A stretch of DNA of 64,000 nt. Source: Bacteroidota bacterium (GTDB lineage: Bacteria; Bacteroidota; Bacteroidia; Bacteroidales; WCHB1-69). The notes beneath the pieces were generated by a model. That model saw only the letters and a program-made list of their open reading frames with translations. It was not told where the DNA came from and did not search any database. This document shows, piece after piece, positions 10,154 through 17,567 of the stretch (the first letter of the stretch is position 1; the number at the start of each line of letters is the position of its first letter). The stretch is taken from the NCBI GenBank assembly GCA_029570835.1, contig JAKPTX010000117.1, forward strand, positions 17,151 to 81,150. The letters run 5' to 3'. Both the position numbers and the translations under genes were made by a program.

Positions 10154-11542
10154 ATGAATATTTCAAAATCAAGATTCATTGAAAGTCAAAATTGTCCGAA
10201 AATATTGTGGTTAAACTTGAACCGTATTGAAGAAAAGGCAGAAGAGACTGAAAGTCAAATTGTTCGGATGAATATCGGAACTTCGGTGGGTGTCCTGGCA
10301 CGGGAATATTTTGGGGAGTATGAATTGGTGGACTTTCCGTATGATGAATATTCCAATAAACTCTCGAAAACACAGGAATTGCTGGAAAAAGATACTGAAA
10401 TTATTGCCGAAGCTACCTTTCTGACTGATGGAATTTGCTGTAGCGTCGATATTTTACGGAAAACTGAAAAGGGTTATGATTTGATAGAAGTGAAAAGTGT
10501 CAATAATCTGAAAGGGTATTATCACTACGATATTGCGTTTCAGTATCACGTCCTCAAAAGTTGCGGATTGAACATTGAACACGCCTACCTCATGCACCTC
10601 AACGGAGATTATGTGCGGTGGGGAGAGTTGGATTTACAGCAGCTTTTCAAATTGGATGATGTAACGGATTCTGTTATAGCAAAAAATGCAGAGATTACAG
10701 ATACAGTTAAAATACTGCAAGAAGTTGCAGCTCAGGAACTTGAACCTGAAATTGAAATGGGTAGTCAGTGTGAAAATTTTGTATATGGAGGATATTGTCC
10801 CTATTATGATTATTGCCATCAAAATGAAGAGATTCCCGAAGAGGTTGCAGTTGAAAAGTTTGAGAGAATCGACAAAGATGAGATTGCCAACTTCCTGGAA
10901 AAGTTTTCATATCCAATCTATTTCCTTGATTTTGAGACCTATATGGCGGTAATTCCACCATACGACGGACTCAAGCCTTCGGGACAAACACCTTTTCAAT
11001 ATTCATTACATATTTTACACGAAAATGGAGAATTGGAGCATAAAGAGTATCTTGGATATCCCGATAGTGACCCGCGCGTTGGGTTAATCAAACAGATTTG
11101 TGATGATATTCCTCTAAACGCCTGTGTTGTAGCATATTTTATTCCGTTTGAACGAACTCGCCTGAAAGAATTGGCCTATTTTGCAGAAAACAGGAATGAT
11201 TTGCAACATTATGCGGAGCATTTGAACAATATCTGGGAGAATATGATCGATTTGATTGTGCCTTTCAAAAAAAAATACTACGAAAATGAGGCAATGGAAG
11301 GGCGTTCCAGTATCAAATTGGTGTTGCCTGCCCTCTTCCCCGATGACCCCGAATTGAATTACCATAATCTTGAAGGAGTTCAAAACGGAACGGATGCGAT
11401 GACTATTTATCCTTTGTTAACAACCGACAATTACACCCCTGAAGAGATCGAAGTAAAACGCCAACAACTTCTAAATTACTGCAAATTAGACACTTACGCC
11501 ATGGTGAAGATTTTCCAAAAACTCATTCATGTCATCTCTTGA
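10154..11542 (+). CDS. DUF2779-type protein: Cas4-like PD-(D/E)xK domain fused to a DnaQ/RNase H-like domain
   Basis: ISKSRF..QNCPK, VDIL..LIEVK, DIAFQY, Cys cluster CENFVYGGYCPYYDYC, then FLDFET and YCKLDT; ATG at 10154. Confidence 0.75.
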   Translation: MNISKSRFIESQNCPKILWLNLNRIEEKAEETESQIVRMNIGTSVGVLAREYFGEYELVDFPYDEYSNKLSKTQELLEKDTEIIAEATFLTDGICCSVDILRKTEKGYDLIEVKSVNNLKGYYHYDIAFQYHVLKSCGLNIEHAYLMHLNGDYVRWGELDLQQLFKLDDVTDSVIAKNAEITDTVKILQEVAAQELEPEIEMGSQCENFVYGGYCPYYDYCHQNEEIPEEVAVEKFERIDKDEIANFLEKFSYPIYFLDFETYMAVIPPYDGLKPSGQTPFQYSLHILHENGELEHKEYLGYPDSDPRVGLIKQICDDIPLNACVVAYFIPFERTRLKELAYFAENRNDLQHYAEHLNNIWENMIDLIVPFKKKYYENEAMEGRSSIKLVLPALFPDDPELNYHNLEGVQNGTDAMTIYPLLTTDNYTPEEIEVKRQQLLNYCKLDTYAMVKIFQKLIHVIS

Positions 11543-11564
11543 ACAATTAGTAAAATATCTGAAA

Positions 11565-12395
11565 ATGAAACAATTATCATATCTATTGCTGGCTTTGTTT
11601 ATTTTGACGAGTTGCTCAAATAACAAAGTATCAACTTCTAATCAAGTTGACAATTTAAAACAACACTTTATTCCCATCCTCAACGGGGTTTGGGTTTTGA
11701 CGGATTACATCGAAGAAATTGAAAAAACGCAATCACCTTTAAAGGCATCCGATAAATTAAATGGTATCGTTGCTATGGATATTGATGAAAATATGCAATC
11801 GGATACTATTTTTGTCGGAATCAGTATCAACAATCATGAAGGGTACAACTTTACGACTTATTTTGTGCAAGGACAAAACTCAACCAGCCTGAAAACTAAC
11901 ATTCCGGATTACGATGAAGAGAGTAATTATTTTGAATTGGGTTATGAAACCGGGAATAATCAAACCTTTTTAGTTCTTTATCACTACAACAAAAACAATC
12001 AACTGATTGACAAAAAAGAGTTTACGAAAGTCTCTGACAAAGTACAAAATAGTGATGTTTCCCGAGGATTGCAATATATCGTAAACAAGAAATTATTCTC
12101 AGGCAATTATCTATCGATTGACAGCAAAAACTCCACCGGAAAAGTCAAATTCAACAGTGACGGCTCTTTGACCGGCTTCCCGGACTTCAAAACTTATTAT
12201 GTGATAACCGATTTTTTGGGAGGACCCGTGGCTACTTTTGACGAAATTATATTCAATTTATACGAAGAAAACTCAAAAGGTTTCGCTTTCAAAATCGATG
12301 GTGACACAACATTTTTATACAGCACAACCGGTGATGAGGATAAAGGAGAACCTCTGCAAATTGATAAAGTACAATATAGACTTGCGAGACAATGA
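11565..12395 (+). CDS. Hypothetical lipoprotein
   Basis: MKQLSYLLLALFILTSC lipobox from ATG 11565. Confidence 0.78.
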   Translation: MKQLSYLLLALFILTSCSNNKVSTSNQVDNLKQHFIPILNGVWVLTDYIEEIEKTQSPLKASDKLNGIVAMDIDENMQSDTIFVGISINNHEGYNFTTYFVQGQNSTSLKTNIPDYDEESNYFELGYETGNNQTFLVLYHYNKNNQLIDKKEFTKVSDKVQNSDVSRGLQYIVNKKLFSGNYLSIDSKNSTGKVKFNSDGSLTGFPDFKTYYVITDFLGGPVATFDEIIFNLYEENSKGFAFKIDGDTTFLYSTTGDEDKGEPLQIDKVQYRLARQ

Positions 12396-12402
12396 TCCAA
12401 CA

Positions 12403-12852
12403 ATGAAAAACATAAAAAAAATATTTCACAGGCTCAGTTATCTGCAATATCCTTTGCTGTTGGCAGCCTTTTATTTCCTTATAAAGCCACTATTCAAAGG
12501 ATTTGATTACCTTTCTGCAAATCCTGAATATCTTTTCAATACATACAGTAATGCACTCATACTATTTGGAGTAACCCTTAGTTTTTCAGCTCTGCAAGAC
12601 CCTTCCAGAACATCGCTGCGGTTTGAAAAGAAAATTTGGGAAAATCCCAAAAAAGCGAAACTGCTTTTAAGTATCACCCTGATCACTACTCTCATCTTTT
12701 TTACGGCAGGATTACTTGGATTTTGGATGTCCGGCAGTTCTCAAAAGGAGTTTGCTTTGGGTTCCATAGTATTAGGCATCGGACTTTTAGGCTATTTGAA
12801 ATTTCAAATAGAACTGTTTGAAACTCACAAAGGAAAAGCATCAGAGGAATAA
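12403..12852 (+). CDS. Hypothetical 4-TM membrane protein
   Basis: ATG 12403 follows the upstream stop; four hydrophobic segments. Confidence 0.72.
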   Translation: MKNIKKIFHRLSYLQYPLLLAAFYFLIKPLFKGFDYLSANPEYLFNTYSNALILFGVTLSFSALQDPSRTSLRFEKKIWENPKKAKLLLSITLITTLIFFTAGLLGFWMSGSSQKEFALGSIVLGIGLLGYLKFQIELFETHKGKASEE

Positions 12853-13291
12853 GGATCTTAACGAAGGCGGAGGGCGGAAGGCGGAATCCAATTACGAATT
12901 ACGTTTTGAACTATCACGGAATCAATTCTAAATTCTAAATTCTAATTTCTAAATTTACAATCATGTCACCCCTACGGGGTTATTTGGGCTCTTGGGGTCA
13001 ACATTTTGCTACAATCATGTCACCCCTACGGGGTTATTTAAAAGTCGGAAGGCGAAAGTTTTTGCTATAAATTGAAAATGGTTAAACATCTAATTTATTT
13101 CATTGATATTCAAATAATTCCGAAATCCGAAATCCGAAATTATGTTTATTCCGCCTTCCGCCCTCCGCCTTCCGCCTTTTTTCGATTCGTAATTCGTAAT
13201 TCGTAATTGTTTGGTATTTTTGTAACCAAAAGGGAATTGGTGTTGTCTTATGGGTACAAATAGATTATTCACTTAACAAAAAAACAAAATT
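12853..13291. repeat. Composite intergenic mosaic J4
   Basis: GGCGGAA array at 12863-12886 with its inverted copy at 13149-13172; TTCTAAA array; two 30-bp direct repeats 12956-12985 and 13010-13039; TCCGAAA x3; TCGTAAT x3. Confidence 0.9.
13215..13248 (+). promoter_or_regulatory. Overlapping housekeeping -7 box (TATTTTTG) and putative ECF-sigma promoter (TGTAAC...GTCT)
   Basis: TATTTTTG 13215-13222; TGTAAC 13221-13226; GTCT 13245-13248, directly upstream of an ECF sigma operon. Confidence 0.55.
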
Positions 13292-13678
13292 ATGTTAGTA
13301 GCAGTTATCGCTATTATTTGCGTTGTCGGTTTACCGATAGGATTTGGAATGTATTTGGGGTTAACAGCCATTAGAGCTGAACACAAAGAACGTATGAATT
13401 TGATTAATCAAGGTATTATTCCTCCGGAAAAAATTAAAAGAAAAGCCACTCCCAATCAATTTGTATCACTTCGGAATGGAATTGTTCTCGTTGCACTCGG
13501 AATCGGAATTATTCTAGGATTTTTATGTTCTGAAAAGATGGCTATACCTCAATACAATAAATTTTGGATTATTGCCGCAAGTATCGTGTTCTTTCTCGGA
13601 TTAGGCTATTTGAGCTACTTTTTGATTACACGAAAAATGCCTGATGCACAACAAAAAGAGGAAGTAAAACAAGAATAA
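13292..13678 (+). CDS. DUF6249-like membrane protein
   Basis: TM-KERMNLINQG-...-LRNGIVLVALGIG-TM pattern; first gene of the ECF operon. Confidence 0.7.
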   Translation: MLVAVIAIICVVGLPIGFGMYLGLTAIRAEHKERMNLINQGIIPPEKIKRKATPNQFVSLRNGIVLVALGIGIILGFLCSEKMAIPQYNKFWIIAASIVFFLGLGYLSYFLITRKMPDAQQKEEVKQE

Positions 13679-13688
13679 TCCGCTTTGA

Positions 13689-14255
13689 ATGAACGAAAAA
13701 GAGCAAATACAGCAAGTGCTTTCGGGCAACACGTTCGCATTCAGCTATTTTGTTGAAACCTATCAAGATATGGCGATGACAATCGCCTATCGCATTTGTA
13801 GAAACAGGCAAAACGCGGAGGATATAGTGCAGGATAGTTTTGTAAAAGCATACCGCTACTTACACACTTTCAGAAGTGATGCCAAATTTTCGTCCTGGTT
13901 TTATCGCATTGTTTACAATACAGCAGTTTCGTACACTAAAACAAAAATGTGGGTCAACGATTCTGACATAGAACTCACAGAAATTCAGGAAGAAAATGTC
14001 GACTACAATATAGAAACTCAGATTCTTGCCACTGAACGAACTGAAATAGTGCAAAACGTGTTAAATCAAATGCAGAAAGGTGATGCGTTGCTGCTTACTT
14101 TGTATTATATGGAAGATAACTCGATCAAAGATATTGTAAAAATTACAGGACTCAACGAATCCAATGTAAAAGTGAAACTATTTCGTGCCCGAAACCGATT
14201 TAAAGAGATGATTCTCAAATCAAATGAGTTGAAACTCATTGTATCCACAAAATAA
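13689..14255 (+). CDS. ECF RNA polymerase sigma-70 factor
   Basis: AEDIVQDSFVKAY, FSSWFYRI, region 4 SNVKVKLFRARNRFK. Confidence 0.93.
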   Translation: MNEKEQIQQVLSGNTFAFSYFVETYQDMAMTIAYRICRNRQNAEDIVQDSFVKAYRYLHTFRSDAKFSSWFYRIVYNTAVSYTKTKMWVNDSDIELTEIQEENVDYNIETQILATERTEIVQNVLNQMQKGDALLLTLYYMEDNSIKDIVKITGLNESNVKVKLFRARNRFKEMILKSNELKLIVSTK

Positions 14256-14266
14256 AAACCAAAACG

Positions 14267-14635
14267 ATGAACAAGAAAAATAACATAGATCCCGAAGATG
14301 AATTGATCCGCCAATTGATGCGGTCAGCAAAAGAACAGGCACCTGAAAATTTGAAATACCGGATTATGCAACAGATTAATACTGAAAATGCATTAACCCC
14401 AAAACCCGCTCCAATAAAAAAACGGACAGAAAATGTACTGAGAGATTTTATTGGTATTTTTGGCACCATGTACGCTTTGCTGGCATTACTCACCGGTATC
14501 GCATATCTGTCGAAAGATGAAAATTTTTTGCTGTCGCCTGAATTTATAGGTGTTGTGCTGTTGGTCACTGTGGTTGCCTCAACATTTTGGTTTTTTACGC
14601 GATTGGATGAAAAAATTCGACAAAAACAGAAATAG
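14267..14635 (+). CDS. Putative membrane anti-sigma factor
   Basis: Directly follows the ECF sigma; APENLKYRIMQQI motif plus two C-terminal TM helices. Confidence 0.7.
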   Translation: MNKKNNIDPEDELIRQLMRSAKEQAPENLKYRIMQQINTENALTPKPAPIKKRTENVLRDFIGIFGTMYALLALLTGIAYLSKDENFLLSPEFIGVVLLVTVVASTFWFFTRLDEKIRQKQK

Positions 14636-15086
14636 GAAAAATTACGAATTACGAAACCGAAAATTTTAATTGAACGCGATTATTGAAGGGACAGGTCGCG
14701 ACCTGTCCTAGAATAATGAATAAAAATAACGTCATGGTCGTAGAGACAGGGCTTGTCCCTGCCCTTTTCCAGAGTGGGGAAACAACCACCCCGCCCTTCG
14801 GGCACCCCTCCTTCCCGAGGAGGGGAGTTGAAATAACCAGAGAGTGATGCCTATTCTGCCCCCCATTTTTTTATTTCCAAAATAATATATATAATTAAAT
14901 ATCAACGGGTTATATTAAATAAAGACCTCAACACCAAAATTCCGAAATCCGAAATCCGAAATCCGAAATTATGTTTGAATCCGCCCTCCGCCTTCAAGAA
15001 ATTCTAAATTCTAAAATCTAAATTCTAAATTTTTAATGTATATTTGTTGCGTGAATTAGATAGCGGACAACCATAAAACAAACCCA
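14636..15086. repeat. Composite intergenic mosaic J5
   Basis: Truncated 157-bp repeat from 14641; chimeric REP 14740-14764; interrupted bipartite motif 14767-14864; IHF-consensus 14900-14912; TCCGAAA x4; TTCTAAA array; -7 box 15039-15046. Confidence 0.9.
14767..14864 (+). repeat. Bipartite motif, copy 3, carrying a 46-nt hairpin insertion
   Basis: Removing 14784-14829 restores a 30-nt spacer. Confidence 0.8.
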
Positions 15087-16475
15087 ATGAAAGTCGGATT
15101 AATTTTCCCCAATAAAGACAGAAAAGACAAAACTATCCATGTCGGATTGGGATATCTCGCTTCTTATGCAAGATTGGAACATCCGGAGATTGAATTTTCA
15201 TTGTTGGATACCAGAGTTGCCACGAAAAAGGAAACCAAAAAGTTTTATCAGACTGATTTTGATTTGATTGGTATTACTGTTTTATCTCCCGTTTATTACG
15301 AGGTTATCGAAGTTTTTAATTTCATACGCACAAACAAGCCCGATACTCCAATCTGTTTGGGAGGTCCTTATGTAACAACAATCATGAAGGAAGTTTTTGA
15401 GGATACTCCGGCTGATTTTGCTGTGTATGGAGAGGGTGAAATCACATTCTCACAATTGCTGAGCCATCTGAAAGGTAAAATGCCAATAGAAGAAATTGAA
15501 GGTATCATGTATCAAAAAGATGGAGCAATAGTAACTAATCCGCCACGAGACCAAATTGAGGATTTAGACTCCATACCTTATCCTGCCTACGACCTGTTTA
15601 AGATGGACAGATATCCTATGCATCGTCTTGTATCCAGCAGAGGATGTCCGTACAAATGTGTATTTTGTAATTCATCATCTATTTGGTTGGGGAAATGGAG
15701 AAAACGAGACCCTGAAAAAGTGGTTGATGAGATTGAGTATCTGATCAAGAATTACAAAAAGAAAACGGTCTTTTTTAATGACAACAGCTTTAATGTTGAC
15801 CTAAAAAGAGTTGAAACTTTCTGCCATACGATATTGGAAAGAAATTTGAAAATTCTTTGGTCTACTCCTGTACGGGTTGAAATTATCACCAGTGAGATTG
15901 CTCAGTTAATGAAAAAGTCCGGCTGTTATAATGTTGGAATTGGCATTGAATCTGCCAATAACTCCATTTTGGAAAATATGCAGAAAAAAAACAGTATTGA
16001 AGCGATTCAAAAAGGGATTCGGATTTTCAAAGATGCCGGAATTGAAGTACTGGGACAGTTCGTCATTGGCAGTCCCGGTGATACATACGAAACGGTTAAG
16101 GAATCGATTGAATTTGCTAAGAATTCAGAGTTGGATTTCGTCATGTTTTATTCTATTTTACCCTTTAAAGGAACGGCTCAGTGGGATTATGTTTTGAAGC
16201 ACGGAACACTTTATAATGAGAAAATTCACGAGTATCATTCGATAAAACCCAGGATTGTTTTTGAAACCCCTGAATTCCCATACGCTGACAGATTAAAGGC
16301 AATAAACCTGGCAAAAAAGGAAGGATATTATTCTGATTCAAATGATAGAAATCTATTTTTTGATATCGGTAAAGATTTAGCAACCAAAATACAACAAATT
16401 CTACCTCACAGCATAGCAGAAAAACTCTATATTGCCATGAAAAACATTTACAGAAGAAGATTGAGAAAAAGCTGA
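15087..16475 (+). CDS. B12-binding domain radical SAM protein
   Basis: GLGYLAS and GGPYVT cobalamin-binding region, GEGE, SRGCPYKCVFC (CxxxCxxC), GIESA. Confidence 0.9.
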   Translation: MKVGLIFPNKDRKDKTIHVGLGYLASYARLEHPEIEFSLLDTRVATKKETKKFYQTDFDLIGITVLSPVYYEVIEVFNFIRTNKPDTPICLGGPYVTTIMKEVFEDTPADFAVYGEGEITFSQLLSHLKGKMPIEEIEGIMYQKDGAIVTNPPRDQIEDLDSIPYPAYDLFKMDRYPMHRLVSSRGCPYKCVFCNSSSIWLGKWRKRDPEKVVDEIEYLIKNYKKKTVFFNDNSFNVDLKRVETFCHTILERNLKILWSTPVRVEIITSEIAQLMKKSGCYNVGIGIESANNSILENMQKKNSIEAIQKGIRIFKDAGIEVLGQFVIGSPGDTYETVKESIEFAKNSELDFVMFYSILPFKGTAQWDYVLKHGTLYNEKIHEYHSIKPRIVFETPEFPYADRLKAINLAKKEGYYSDSNDRNLFFDIGKDLATKIQQILPHSIAEKLYIAMKNIYRRRLRKS

Positions 16476-16654
16476 ATAGGACTGCATATTTAAAACGAAT
16501 CGTAAAAAACAAAAAAAATCCGAAATAGTACGAATTTGAGTGTCAGATTAATTCTAAATTCTAATTTCTAAATTTAGGAATCGTAATTCGTAATTCGTAA
16601 TTGTTTCGTATATTTGTACCGTGAATAAAATCTTGCCACTAAATTAAAATAGAC
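16476..16654. repeat. Short mosaic J6 (TTCTAAA and TCGTAAT arrays plus promoter box)
   Basis: TCGTAAT x3 at 16581-16601, followed by TATATTTG 16609-16616. Confidence 0.8.
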
Positions 16655-17209
16655 ATGAAAAAATCCCCAATTGATTACAAGGAGATTCAAAGATTTATTA
16701 TTGAAAGTAGAGAAAATGGTAAAACTGACCAGGAAATTTATAATGAACTGGCTCCGAAATATTACGACAAAAAAACTCTGGCTCTGCTTATCAGAGGTAC
16801 CGTAACCAGGGAAAGAAAGGAAAAATATAAAAGATTAAACGGGCTTCTACTAGCTCTCATTGGCATAGCTATTGTACTCGAAATATTGTGGATCATAGCT
16901 TTTTCAATAACTTATAGTAGTTTTTGGGTTTTAATAGGCATTTTTATTATACCTCTATTTGCCGTTTTTCTTTTCTATCAGGTTTATCGATACAATGCAA
17001 TAGCTTATCAAATGGTTGGAATATTGGGAATTATAATTTTTATGCGTGCATTTCAGCTTACAGATGGTCATCGGCTTGCTATCATTATAAGCATACTGTT
17101 AGGTGGAGGTATTACCTTCCTGGGGTTTTATGTGAAAAACAAACTGATCCCCGGTTACAAACCCAGAAAACTCAAAAAGGATGCCGATGGGGAGTATATA
17201 TTGGATTAA
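16655..17209 (+). CDS. Hypothetical 4-TM membrane protein
   Basis: 184-aa ORF with a soluble N-terminus and four hydrophobic segments. Confidence 0.75.
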   Translation: MKKSPIDYKEIQRFIIESRENGKTDQEIYNELAPKYYDKKTLALLIRGTVTRERKEKYKRLNGLLLALIGIAIVLEILWIIAFSITYSSFWVLIGIFIIPLFAVFLFYQVYRYNAIAYQMVGILGIIIFMRAFQLTDGHRLAIIISILLGGGITFLGFYVKNKLIPGYKPRKLKKDADGEYILD

Positions 17210-17567
17210 ACTTTACCAATCAGCGCCTTCATACTTCTTATTTTTTCCTTATTTTTGAAATAAAAATAAAAAGGGGGATTTTGATTTCGGATTTCGGATT
17301 TCGGATTTCGGAAGTTAGCATTGCGCATTTTATTATATAACCCATTGATTTTTAATTATATATATTATTTTGAAATAAAAAATAAAAGGGGGCAGAATAG
17401 GTATCACTATGTTGATATTCCGTTTCCCCACTCTGGAATCGTAGAGACGCAACGCATTGCGTCTCTACAGCCGATTTAGAGGTCAGGTTTGTTCATCGTA
17501 ATTCGTAATTCGTAATTCGTAATTCGTAATTCGTAATTGGATTTCGACTTTCGACTTTATTATAGCT
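17210..17567. repeat. Composite intergenic mosaic J7 (largely an inverted counterpart of J5)
   Basis: ATTTCGG x4; IHF-consensus 17338-17350; bipartite motif on the minus strand 17388-17438; REP-like 17441-17468; TCGTAAT x6 17496-17537; TTTCGAC x2. Confidence 0.9.
17388..17438 (-). repeat. Bipartite motif, copy 4
   Basis: GGGGGCAG-N30 (17396-17425)-CCCCACTCTGGAA. Confidence 0.9.

Noticed and set aside
9892-10179. Minus-strand 95-aa ORF (also 13090-13272 minus and 16924-17340 plus)
   Set aside because: These are translations of repeats (QLRITNYE, ISDFGFR, KKGGR) with no coding character.
12956-13039. Mini CRISPR array (30-bp repeats, 24-nt spacer)
   Set aside because: Only two repeats, a short spacer, no cas1/cas2, and solitary copies at 56.5-56.8 kb; it behaves as a dispersed hairpin repeat.
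12863-13172. Invertible (phase-variable) promoter between inverted GGCGGAA arrays
   Set aside because: The TAnnTTTG box lies outside the inverted pair, and no invertase is nearby.
3738-17567. Canonical integron, IS, prophage or diversity-generating retroelement
   Set aside because: No IntI, transposase, phage structural gene, reverse transcriptase or Avd ORF; no complete attC site recognised.
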